DNA of 64,000 nucleotides from Haliotis cracherodii. Lineage: Eukaryota. Positions 40,201 through 52,070 of the stretch are shown piece by piece (position 1 is the first letter of the stretch; each line of letters begins with the position of its first letter). Location: assembly GCF_022045235.1 (NCBI RefSeq), contig NW_027266265.1, forward strand, positions 5,208,001-5,272,000. The letters run 5' to 3'. A model generated the notes under the pieces. The model searched no databases and had not been told where the DNA came from. It was given only the letters and a program-made list of their open reading frames with translations. Position numbers and translations under genes: made by a program.

Positions 40201-41013
40201 GCCAGTGTTTTCCACAAAATTAAGTATTCAACGTACCATAAGTAAAACAGATTTGTAATCATGGTAATACGCAATGCTAATTTTTATTAAAATATTTCAC
40301 CTTTCTAAAATCTCCATACCATATGTGCATACTATCACAGTTCACTTTTTGTTTCTTTATTTTGCAATATAATATTTCATACACAATTAATTTATTCCTG
40401 AGAAGAGAATTCACCACGTGACCAGTATTGCCCCCACGTTGGCTCTAATCCAGCTTGTGGTGACATCTGGTTGCAGGGATATATACAGTATATGTATCTG
40501 CCCATCACAACAATCATATTGCCTGATGTTTGGCTGATTGTGGGGATGAAGTGCTACAGGGGATTGATTCCTTAGTGGAGAATAACAAAAGAAGTGGCTG
40601 TCGTAGTGATATACAGAGAAAATCATGGCCACAATGTGTCTCCAGTACATTCACAATGTGACACCTTATCAATAAAATGGATGATATTGTGGGCGATATA
40701 CACAATAATGCCTTGTAGTTACAAAACCAAATCTGTTCACTACAGGCCTGGGTCAGTAGTTATGTCTACATAGTGATACATATATCAATAGTGATACTTA
40801 TACTGTAAATGTTGCTAAATGTACAAATAATGTGGTTAAAAGTATAAAAGTGCACTATCAGAGTAAAAAACTTACATATTTGTCCTATCAGTTCTCAGGG
40901 TTTTACTCAGAAATGTACGTCCTGTGCACACAAATGTATAGAATGGTCGCAAAAAAAAATATGTTGCATTCTGAAAGGACACACAATATTCATTGTAATA
41001 ATATCTCAACTCA

Positions 41014-41015
<2 letters not shown>

Positions 41016-41066
<51 letters not shown>
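41016..41066. repeat. (CA)n microsatellite in NHE intron 1
   Basis: ~25 perfect CA units. Confidence 0.97.
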
Positions 41067-41068
<2 letters not shown>

Positions 41069-41571
41069 AAAAGGGAAAAATATATACAAACAAAACTTGC
41101 ACTTTTAATAGAACTGATATTGACAGGTATAGGTGACAATGAAATACAAATTCCACAGAAAGGAACTCTGATAGATCAACAATTATTATCTAATTAGTTT
41201 AATGCAGAATTTTGAATAATCTGAGCTATTAGTTAACTAATATATGGTCGATTTTTTTTCTTATTCAGTCAAATTAAATCTACAAATATAATCGCGATGT
41301 TTAGAGCATGCTATAACTTATATGAGATAATAGGTTGACATTTCTTTATTTGACATCAGTGATTATATAATGATTCTAATTCTTTTAGAAGTTGACTCTA
41401 TTCGTAAACAGGTGTGGGTTAACCGCCAACATTTATTAATAAATTAACAGAGTTTAAGTATGTGGGTTAGTTGGTTGTGGCGATGCACGGGGTAAACGTG
41501 ACAGCACGATTAACCAATCACAGGATCTGCTTCATCGATCCACAGCAGCCGAAAAACATTTTCAAACTTAC

Positions 41572-41785
41572 CCATCTTGGCCACGCTCGCCAGTAAGATC
41601 CACAAACATATAACATAAGGAATCTCGACATGATTAAAATCCCAATTGACCAAAGGATAGCGTTCCGTTTCGTTCGTTAGATCTTTTTCTTTCTCATCAG
41701 CTGGCGCTGCCGTCAAAACTCCAAGCACTGCGGACAAAGCAGAAGCACTGAGAGCGACCGTACAGAGTAATTTGGCTTTCGACAT
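41572..41785 (-). CDS. SLC9A3-like: Na+/H+ exchanger (SLC9A1-5/NHE2-NHE3-like), coding exon 1
   Basis: ATG at 41785. MSKAKLLCTVALSASALSAVLG (signal-peptide-like) ... WDFNHVEIPYVICLWILLASVAKM matches the NHE TM motif 'V..P..I.LWILLASLAK'. Donor G|GTAAG at 41572/41571, phase 1, 214 nt. Confidence 0.9.
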
Positions 41786-41939
41786 AACTCGTTCTCACAT
41801 ACTCTTGTCTAACTCAAACAGTGGACACCCTGCTCTACATGTGATCTTTGACTGCCCCTAAGTTGCGATAACACAGACGATTGTGTCTCCGCGTTAGGTG
41901 ATGGAACATTTTGTTATCACATGTACGCAAAGCTGTGGC

Positions 41940-41975
41940 AGCTGACCTCAGGGCAGGTCATTGCGCATGCGTGTG
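41940..41975. promoter_or_regulatory. Putative NHE proximal promoter motifs: ER6 nuclear-receptor element plus NRF1-like site
   Basis: TGACCT-cagggc-AGGTCA (41943-41960) followed by TGCGCATGCGTG (41962-41973), ~160-190 bp upstream of the NHE ATG. Confidence 0.4.
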
Positions 41976-43662
41976 AGCGTAAATCTATTACCAGTAGCAG
42001 ACGACACACTTTTACAGTTGGCATCGCCAAAGATTGATGGTGACGCACGCAATATGCTCCATTATTTTGTTTGGAGAAAAAAAATGATAATTCATATAAT
42101 GGATGTTCTGGTGTCTTTGTCTTGGAGCATCAATTTTATTTGTGAAAATGCAAGAAACAGAACAGCGACGCATCAGGCAAAGATAACAGAGTGAGTGAGT
42201 TGAATTAACGCCGCTTTAAAAAGTAATTCAGTTACATCACAACATGTCAGCGTGATGTGGGAGGAAACACGAAGTGATGCAGATTTTAAACGGTCACAAC
42301 TTGGGACAACACCAATAACGTGCACAAAACATTTAAGAATCTGAAAAGAATCGATAGTTACACACCAAATGTGTAACTCCATACTTGAAAAGAAAACTTG
42401 CCACATTGCAGGAGACAATGAGGGAATCTGCTTATTTTGGATTGATATTTAAAATAACACATTTCCATAGCTACCAACTCACGAATTCACACATTTAGCA
42501 TCAACATCGTGGGATATTTTGAGCATGCACAGGAATACGTCGGCCTTTGATAAGAGATGAAATAAGCAGATGTTTGAACAAATGCAACTTGGGGTATAAA
42601 TATGCCGAACGATGGCACATGATATACGAGTGTTATATCTGTGTGATATTTAGAGAATAACAAACGAGCTACGAGAAATTATTGGAATATTTGTCCTGAG
42701 TGAATAAATTGTGTAAAGCTCGGGAGTTTCAGCAGTCATGCACGAAGAAACTATTAATCTGTAGAGTGAGTGAGTATGGTTTTACATTGCTTTTTGCAGT
42801 ATTCCAGCAATATCACGTCGGAGGACACTAGAAATGGCTTCACACATTGTACCCATGTCGGGAATCGAACCTGGGTCAGGCTGATTTTGACTTGGTTGTC
42901 AGCGTGGACGGCGTTCATCGCTGTTCATATTATCAATCACTGGTTTGTCTGATTCTGATTCGATTATTTGGACGCTGGATGAAGCTGGAATATTGCGGCG
43001 TTTAACGAAAGGACAATCTTCTACGACACCGTGTTTATTTTTGACAAATCATTCAAAATGATGCCGAAAACGACTTCCCCGTTTCTCTATAAAATAATAT
43101 TTAATATTCCACGTTGTTTAGACATTAGAGCGAGTTAATGAATTCATTCGCCAGTGCACTTCGTGTTTCGCTTTGTTATCAAGGTAGCGAAGTATATACA
43201 CCCCAGCACTGTTATCAGTTTCTACACCAGACCAGTGTTTGACAAGTTGTTTCTTTGTAAACAACACGTTCGACTCGTGTTCCGAGTGTAAGCACTGGCT
43301 ACAGACGCCATGGTACCACAACACGGTACGCGTCCATCGATAATAATATAAATATCATTTTAAAACAGCTGACACCGGAGGCGTAGCTACCACGTAGCAT
43401 AAATTAGCAAATGCTTACCCTTTGACATCATTACAAATATAGAATAAAATTTAAAAAAATTAAAAGTACTTTAGTGTGTTCCTTTCAGTCGTTTGTTATA
43501 GTGACATGACCTTTGGTTGATTTAAAGGTTGACCCGCCTACCAGTGTCAACATTGTCGTTTATGTGTTGGTTCGATGTTGTTGTTTGGTTGTTACATTTC
43601 CTTTCCCTTTTCGCGAACACCTGGTGTCAAAACTGATTTTCAGTGGTCCAGTTATGTATAAT

Positions 43663-43823
43663 TGCGGCGGTCGGGTAGCCTAGTGGTTAAAGCGTTCGCT
43701 CGTCACGCCGAAGACACGGGTTCGATTCCCGACATGGGTACATTGTGTGAAGCCCATTTCTGGTGTCCCCCGCCGTGATATTGCTGGAATACTGCTAAAA
43801 GCGGCGTAAAACCATACTCACTC
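43663..43823 (+). mobile_element. SINE family A (tRNA-derived, (ACTC)n tail), reference copy
   Basis: A box TAGCCTAGTGG, B box GGTTCGATTCC, TSD ATGTATAATT. Other copies: ~25-170(-), 3942-4107(-), 13380-13539(-), 30153-30310(+), 32901-33066(-), 33710-33810(-), 42765-42876(-), 44441-44599(-), 44963-45124(-), 47785-47857(+), 48464-48604(+), 50514-50896(+, interrupted). Confidence 0.92.
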
Positions 43824-46187
43824 ATGTATAATTTTCACAGCTATTTTTCCTTTTACGCCAAATGGAATTTGTTTCGGTGGATAATCTGGAGTGGTTATTC
43901 CCTTGTACTGACAATTTATATTTTGTGAGGATATCTGGGCTTGATCACACTAATCAAACCGTTTATACTTTTTTATTTATGTTCAGAACGTGGGGAGGAT
44001 ATTTGTTGTACTGGCCTGCTTGTGTTTACGTTATGAGTGTTTAAGAAAAATGTAGTACTGCAATATGATTGCTTACATTATAATTTCCCCTAGCTACGCT
44101 CCTGGACAGTCTGTTGATACCTGCCTTGTTACGGGGGTCTGAAGGTTGCTGCCGACACACAAACAACCTGTTAAACACCAGAAGTTTCGAGCTGAAACCA
44201 AATGACATATACCAAGTAACCGCCTAAAGGGGCGAAACACGGATCTACAGCCGCAGATGACGTCTTATAAAGTCGTTACGGCATTATCCCAGCTTTTCTC
44301 CCCGTATCTCATCAATTTTGTTCAAATCCGATGTTTTTGATCTACAAGCACTTTGGTTACATATGATGTAACTAAAAATTGTTTATGACCTTGACGAACA
44401 TATTGCCCGTGTTTGATAACGTCAAACAACACACCTCTGGGTGACTATTGTTTTACGCCGCTTTTAGTACACATTTCAGCAAAATCATGGCGGGGGACAC
44501 CAGAAATGGGCTTCACACATTGTACCCATGTGGGGAATCAAACCAAGGTCTTCGGCGTGACGAGTGAACACTTTAACCATTAGGCTACCCTACCGCCCCT
44601 GCGGCTGAGCGAAGGGTTTAAAGCTGCTTTTAACAGTATTTCGTCGTCTCACAGCGTGCTAACTTGATGGAAGAAAAACCGAAGTTATACATGTCTAAGC
44701 CGATTAGCACATTGGTGAAACCCACGAGCACGAGTATTGTGTTAACAAACCTAGCAACGAAATCGGGGTGAACCGGTATTCGAACCAACGATCTAGCTTT
44801 CTGCAACTCTGCACAGCGAAATCGCAAAGGCGAATGAACCACCTGTGTCTAAAACTAGGGAGAAGGAAAATGCTTCCTCATTTATCAAAAAAAAAAAAAG
44901 ACAGCGCAGCATACTTTGCTTCTCTTAATATAATTCAAAAGTAAAGAACTAGTGAGCAGATGGTGAGCGAGTATAGTTTTACGCCGCTTTTAGCACAATT
45001 CCAGCAATATCACGACGGGGGACACCAGAAACAGGCTTCACACAATGTACCCATTTGGGTATTCGAACCCGGGTCTTCGGCGTGACGAGCGAACGCTTTA
45101 ACCACTAGGCTTCCCCATCACCCCAGTAAAGAAATAGGCGACCATCTTCCGAGGTATACCGAGGTTGTTGTTGTTTTGTAATTGAAAATTGAAAGAACTG
45201 TTTTTAAATTTGAGTTTGTTTATTTAACCATCACTCATCCCTGCAACAGTTTGTAAAAGGTAATCTGTGGCTGGGTTAATTAGTGTAAAATATATTGGGT
45301 CAATGAAGACTTGGGTACGAAATGAATTTGCAGCCACATGAACCCTACCATGTTTGCCATTGTTTGTTTGTTGTTTGACGCCGCACTCAGCAATATTCCA
45401 GCTATATAACGGCGGTCTGTAAATAATCGAGTCTGGACCAGACAATCCAGTGATTGATAAAATGAGCATCGACCCACGCATTTGGGATATGATGAATCAT
45501 TGTCCCCTTATTGATTGGAGATAATATTGCTAACTTAATATATTTTCAATTGAAAATCAAACTTATGACAAAGTAAACTTTGAGGTAGTTTCTTTGCTCA
45601 TCACTTTATGAAAGAATCGGGTGGTCTTTAACTTCTTGTGAGTAGTATATATCTAAGCATATTGTTTTCATGATACGTGGTATAGTCACGCGAGATTACT
45701 CATTGTAATAAAGGGTTGGGTTCAATTCCTTCACCGGAACAACGGAACATGACCCCGTCATCCGGGCTCATCCACGCCACCGCCATATAGCGAGTACAGT
45801 CGCTCATTATATCAATCACTGGATTGTCTGGTTGAGACTTGATTGTTTTATCAATTGCTATTAGCAATATTCCGTCTATATCACTGCGAGGAGCGGAATC
45901 AAACGCGGATCTTCCGTGTGACTAGTCGACGCTTCAACCACACCGTTCAACGGTCAACACACAAGGCACTGGATGATATTAACAGGCATTTATGACTAAA
46001 CTTGACTGATAGACTCCAGGTTAGAAGTGGGTTGGCATCACAGGGCTTGACCATGGGCTGGGGCTCAGCTCCTACATGCTCTCCGCTGGTCGATATTATT
46101 GAAATCATGTTGTCGGACCTGACTCCACCGTCGTGATGTGGCTGCGCAGCAACGTGCTGGGTCAAGGTTCCGCTATTCAGTCGTGTA

Positions 46188-46751
46188 CGGTGGCCCATAA
46201 GGGACATGGAGTCTGTTTTTCAATATTTTGATATTTCACTTACTGTTATGGTAACCTTTTGAAAATTAACACGATTTGTCAGACAAACATGTGATAAATC
46301 ACGTATAAAGGAGATATTGAATCGCTGAAAAATGAAGCGAAAATGTCAAAAACAAAAACGAAAATGTCAAAAACAAAAACGAAAATGTCAAAAACAAAAA
46401 TGAAAATACCAAAAAATATTTCAAATAGTTTTCGATATTTTCATTTTTGTTTTTGACGCGGGGTAAATAGTTTTCGGTATTTTCTTTTTTGTTTTTGACA
46501 TTTTCGTTTTTGTTTTTGACCTTTTCGTTTTTGTTTTTGACATTTTCATTTTAGATTTTGACATTTTCGCTTCACATTTCAGCGACTCAATAGCTACTTG
46601 AAAGTACATTTTCCATGTTTTCGGTTGTTTTTATACATGATTTACCACATATTTGTATGACAAATTGTGTTAATTTCCAAAAGGTTACGATAAAAGTAAG
46701 TGAAATATCAAAATATTGAAAAACAGACTCCATGTCCCTTATCGGCCACCG
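46188..46751. mobile_element. Foldback-type MITE with long inverted arms, TA TSD
   Basis: TA|CGGTGGCCCATAAGGGACATGGAGTCTG ... CAGACTCCATGTCCCTTATCGGCCACCG|TA. Arms over 110 bp, plus inverted 21-bp CGAAAATGTCAAAAACAAAAA repeats. Confidence 0.92.
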
Positions 46752-46899
46752 TAGTCGTGAGATATTCTCGTAAGTGGTGCCCAGCTTGCTACCCCTTGCC
46801 CCCACCAACCCACTCACTGTTAGGTTCACCATTTGATTTACAAAGAATTGCGCCAATGAGCTATTTTGGTTTATGATCACATATGTTTGATTGTTTCGT

Positions 46900-47516
46900 G
46901 ACCTACCCCGTGGTCTAGTGGTAGAGCGTGCGCCCGGAGAGCGGAAGGTCCGGGGTTTGAACCCCGGCTGCGTCATACCACAATACGTTAAAATATGGTA
47001 CTTGTTGTTACCCTGTCAGGCTCGGCATTAAGGGGCTGAAACAAGGACTGATCGGCTCGGAGTCAGTATACTGTGTCTGAGTGGGGTATTCATGTTAAAC
47101 TGCGGTATGGTGTCTCAGTGGGCTAGCACTATAGGTGAGGTGAAATGGGGTTTAACGTCACGTCCAAGATTATTGCACTTATATAGCGACGTGCATGCAC
47201 GCGTGTGTGTTTGGCTGGTTGTACTAGTCCGGACTGATGCCGATTTATAGTGCTAGCACACTGAGATACCATGCCGCAGTTTAATATGCCGAGCGCCAGA
47301 CAGGGCAACAACAAATGCCATCTTTAAACGTCTTTTGGTGTGACGCGGCCGGGGATCGAACCCCTGATATACCGCTCTCCGGGCGGATGTTCCACCACTA
47401 GACCACGGAGGCGGTACTAGCACCATAAAATCGGCATTAGTCCAGACAAGTACAAGCAGCCACACACCCGCACACGCACACGCACACACACGCGCGCGCG
47501 CGCACACACACACACA

Positions 47517-47560
<44 letters not shown>

Positions 47561-47562
47561 CA
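46900..47562. mobile_element. Nested SINE family C pair (minus copy ~47134-47416 inside a plus copy)
   Basis: TSD CTAGCAC(T/C)ATA at 47123-47133 and 47417-47427; the outer copy resumes afterwards. Confidence 0.88.
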
Positions 47563-47979
47563 CCTGATTGCACAGCAGTTTTCCATCTGACTCCAAACTT
47601 GTAAATGATCGAGTCTGGAACAGACAAACCAGGGGTTTTATGACGTGAGCAATCATCCAAGTCACATGGCATGACCATCCAATCCACAAAGTCGACAAGC
47701 GCAGCTAACTGGGGAGCATTCCTACCTGGAATCCCTATGTAACGTGGCTGTAATATTGTAATATTACAAACATATTTAAACATACATGGGTACAACGTAT
47801 GAAGCCGATTTTTCCCCGCCGTGATATTGCTAACAGCGGCGAAAAACCATACTCACTCTTCACACAAGACGAACGTGGCCTGCGTATGAGTAAGACTCGC
47901 ATATTTTACGAGCGCTTCAAGGACCAACGCATAACATGTCTCCTCGTGATAAGCTTCTCCAAAAAGAAATAGGTCATAT

Positions 47980-48126
47980 GTATGAAATACTGTAAGAGAC
48001 ATTCTCGCGATCTCGCATTCTCGAGATCTCGACCTTTGGAAACGAGCTAAATATGCCCAAAACACGAGAATGCGAGATCGCGAGAACGCGAGATTTGGCC
48101 AAACTGTCCCTTACAGTATTCCATAC
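47980..48126. mobile_element. Small palindromic MITE
   Basis: GTATGAAATACTGTAAGAGACA ... TGTCCCTTACAGTATTCCATAC; inner arms TTCTCGCGATCTCGCATTCTCG / CGAGAATGCGAGATCGCGAGAA. Confidence 0.75.
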
Positions 48127-49264
48127 ATCTGCACCTAGGTAGTGTAACTCATAACTTATGAAACAGGGGTCCCGGGTATACGTACAGAAGTAAAGCCAAT
48201 GTTAATACATCACTCATCAACTATGCCCTGATACCATCATCATCCGCTGCAGCATACTTCATCAATGTCAGTACGACGCTTCGGACCACTCGCCTTGCCT
48301 TGTCTGTATACGATGCACACATCAAACTCCACCCAGCGTGGATACATGTTTCAAGCGGCACACAGCAGACGAATTGCACATAAGTATGTACACAAAAGAA
48401 GTTGACACACTTCTCTCCTCCGTGTGTATAGGACCACGTTCAACCTGATGTCATAGAGCACTAGGTCGGGTAGCCTAGTGGTTAAAGCGTTCGGCCGTCA
48501 CGCCGTGGACCCGGGTTCGATTCCCGACATGGGTACAATGTGTGAAGCCCATTGATATTGCGGGAATATTGCTAAAAGCGGCGTAAAACCAAACTCACTC
48601 ACCCATAGAACACTACAACGCAGAGCTAAGTATATGTCTTTGGAAGGTAGCTCTAACCATCTCCCCCAAAGTGTATATAGATACATTTGAAGCCCCCCCC
48701 CCCCCCCCCCCCCCCCCTCGAAAAATGAGGGTGACCAGACGAGAAAGGACAGCAGACAATATGGCCAGGGGGAGGAAACTCTAGATTGTGCAAACCCTAT
48801 AAAAACGCTAAAATGGAATTTAGACGTTAACATCGAAAATCAAAACGTAAACAGTATAAAAAAATAAGTACAGAACTAGAAAAGACACGTGAAGTATCCA
48901 ATCCTTCCCCGTTGTTTTACAATATGGTTTCAGAAAAGAACATGGAACAATCCTATCTGTATTCGCCGTTTTAGAATGTGCTAATATCTACCCTGGAAAA
49001 GAATCGCTAGTGTTTACTGCATCTTTATTTAATGAAAAAGCTTTTGATCGTAATGATCACGACGATATATCCATGACGTTGGTGTCAAGGGCAAATTGTG
49101 GAACCTACTTTTCCATAGCTTTAGGGACAGTTGTGCTTTTATATCCTACAACGGAGAAAGATCTGATGAGTTTCCCATTCAACAAGGTGTTGGGCAAGGT
49201 AGAGTTATGCCAGCATGGGTCTTTCCCGTTTTCATAAACGATCTTACATGTGAATGAAGGGAAG

Positions 49265-49618
49265 TGAGGTGAGGTGAAATGGGGTTTAACGTCGCGTCCA
49301 AGATTATTGCACTTATATAGCGACGTGCATGCACGTGTATGTGTGTGTGTGGCTGCTTGTACTAGTCCGGACTGATGCCGATTTATAGTGCTAGCTCACT
49401 GAGATACCATGCCGCAGTTTAACATGAATACCCCACTCAGACACAGTATACTGACTCCGAGCCGACCAGTCCTTGTTTTAGCCCCTTAATGCCGAGCGCC
49501 AGACAGGGTAACAACAAGTACAATCTTTTAACGTCTTTTTGTATGACGCGGCCCGGGATCGAACCCTGGACCTTCCGCTCTCCGGGCGGACGCTCTACCA
49601 CAAGACCACGGAGGCGGT
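49265..49618 (-). mobile_element. SINE family C copy
   Basis: Full-length; TSD AATGAAGGGAAG (49253-49264 / 49619-49630). Confidence 0.92.
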
Positions 49619-49764
49619 AATGAAGGGAAGCAAACAGCGGCCTCTCTGTTCGTGGAATGTATAAACCCTGTGTTTTATTGGCCGATGATACAACATCCAC
49701 GTCTACAACCCCTAGAGGCTAACAGTCTTCGCTTGATTCAGTTCGTTTATACGCCAGCAAATGG

Positions 49765-49838
49765 AGACTCACCTGTAATGACTCACCTGTAATGACTCAC
49801 CTGTAATGACTCACCTATAATGACTCACCTATAATGAC
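49765..49838. repeat. 14-bp tandem repeat
   Basis: GACTCACCTGTAAT x5. Confidence 0.9.
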
Positions 49839-50574
49839 TAGGGGTAAAACACTTGTATTCTGTTAAACTTATACATAATAAAGTAAGCTACAAGTTTGGC
49901 GATGCAACAAATGACCCCTCCGAGTCTGTCAAGCATGGCGGAATAATCATAAACAGTAACTTATCCTATAAAGAAAGAGTGAGTGAGTGAGTGAATTTGG
50001 TTTAACGCCGCTTTTCACAGTATTTCAGTTATATCACGGCGTGTCAGCTGTGGGAGGAAAGCCCGAAATGATGCAGGTCTCAGACGTTTACCACTTCGGT
50101 GAAACCCACGAGCACGGGTATGGTGCTGACAAACCTAGAAACATAATCGGGGCGAACCGGGATTCTGTAAATAAAGAGTCATGACGGTTGCTCAAAAGCA
50201 AGAAAATGTGTTAATTCATTGCGACCATTTAGCCTAAACGATTCTGATCTCCTCCCAGTTGCGTGTGTCAATATATGGCTATATATGAGACCAGATCTTT
50301 CACGGTATCATAAAGTTCATACACGGTTACAAATGCATGAAGAAATGCCTTATGTATATCTCCTAGACACATATACCCTAGTGCACACAAAGTGTTCATT
50401 GTTAATTGTGTATTCATTAGCACTGTATCACATGAGTTCATTGTATATTGACAAGTAATCTAAATAATGTATTTGACAATGTAAGATCTTCGGATTCAAC
50501 TCATTCATTCATTAATGGGTACAATGTGTGAAGCCAATTTCCCCCACATTGATATTGCTAAAGCGGCGAGAAAT

Positions 50575-50878
50575 CTGGGGCCTGAAGTTAGCAGGGGGTT
50601 CGTTATTCGTTACTGGAAATACGGTATCTTATATTTCATATACCAAGTCTGAATGACGAACCCGGTGCTGGTTTGTTTTTCGTTATTCAAAGTTACTGAA
50701 TAACTGCTTTTGGATGATGATGTAAGACGAACCTGTTGTCATATATTAAATGAGTTTCAGAGTACTTTTCCACATTACTGTAGTTTAATATACGGCCTTT
50801 GAATAACGAACCCGGTCCTGGCTTCCTTTTCGTTATTCGAAAAACGAATAACGAACCCGCTGCTAACTTCAGGCCCCT
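50575..50878. mobile_element. hAT-like MITE inserted in a family A SINE tail
   Basis: TIR GGGGCCTGAAGTTAGCAG.GGGTTCGTTATTCGT with its inverse; 8-bp TSD CGAGAAA(T/C). Confidence 0.8.
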
Positions 50879-51721
50879 CGAGAAACCATACTCACGGTTT
50901 CGCATATTTTACGACCGCTTCAAAGACTTTCTAGCTACACTATTCTTATCAACGGCCATGGCTGAGGTACCCATGTTACTCACGAAGACACTGTCCGACG
51001 TATCCATCAATCTCCATTTCAACCCTGCACCCACGTAAGGTGTGGAGACACTGTCTGACATATCTGTCAATCTCCATACCTACCCTGTACCCACACGACT
51101 CACTGACACAGTGTTGCAAGTTAAAGCAGTAACTTCGGACTTGAATACCAATTCAAATTCCCTGATGTTAAGTAGTTCTCATTTCATACTCCTCCTTCAT
51201 GCATGTTTGTGTGCTGCTCAGGAAAATCAAGTGAAGGAATACCTTGTGGGGTTTCCAGGGCAGAGTTCGCATCACATAACAGGGTTGTCCAAAAATTACT
51301 TGGACGGATCAGGTTATCTTGCTTGTTGATTGGGCATCCTCATACCCTAACACTGTGGGATGTTGTTCATCATTTCTATCTCTGGTCTGTCCAGCAAAAG
51401 CTCAACTATTTACAGGCATCACAACAAAAGCATCATGTGTGCGATGATAAGTTTTATTTCAAGTAAACATAAGATTTCCCTATCCCATTGGAACTACAGT
51501 CCTACGCAGAACTCTGAGAGTCAGAACTTGCCGGGAAGGGGCATTTACAGAAGCAGTATCACAAATATTATACACAGCATGGTAGAAAGGGTATGTTGAG
51601 TACTGAGCTATCAATCAAACCAGACTAGTTGTTAACTTTCACAAGATCCTCTTGTCTAGCTATTGTGATTACCACACAAACCTCACTGCATGTTCTGTGT
51701 CTATTAACTGATCACACCCAG

Positions 51722-52070
51722 CATGTGAAACCCAGCCTTGCAGCTGCACATGTGAGAACCAGGATTACAGCTGCACATGAGAAACCCAGGATTACAGCTG
51801 CACATGTGAAACCCAGCCTTGCAGCTGCACATGTGAAAACCAGGATTACAGCTGAACGTGTGAAACCCAGCCTTGCAGCTGCACATGTGAAACCCAGAAT
51901 TACAGCTGAATGTGTGAAACCCAGCCTTGCAGCTGCACATGTGAAACCAGCCTTGCAGCTGAACAGATTAACCCAGTCATGCAGCTGAACAGATTAACCC
52001 AGTCATGCAGCTGCACATGTGAAACCAGCCTTGCTGCTGAACAGATTAACCCAGTCATGCAGCTGCACAT
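51722..52070. repeat. Minisatellite, ~27-bp unit
   Basis: TGTGAAACCCAGCCTTGCAGCTGCACA variants; contains the palindrome TGCAGCTGCA. Confidence 0.9.

Noticed and set aside
37202-40245. 718-aa and other Cys/Val/Gly-rich ORFs
   Set aside because: GT-rich satellite spanning N gaps.
43663-43740. tRNA genes (Asp-, Ser- or Leu-like heads)
   Set aside because: These are SINE heads: acceptor stems are broken, copies are many, and each has a family body, tail and TSD.
46421-46609. Lys-rich ORF (KTKMSK repeats)
   Set aside because: Translation of 21-bp subrepeats inside a foldback MITE.
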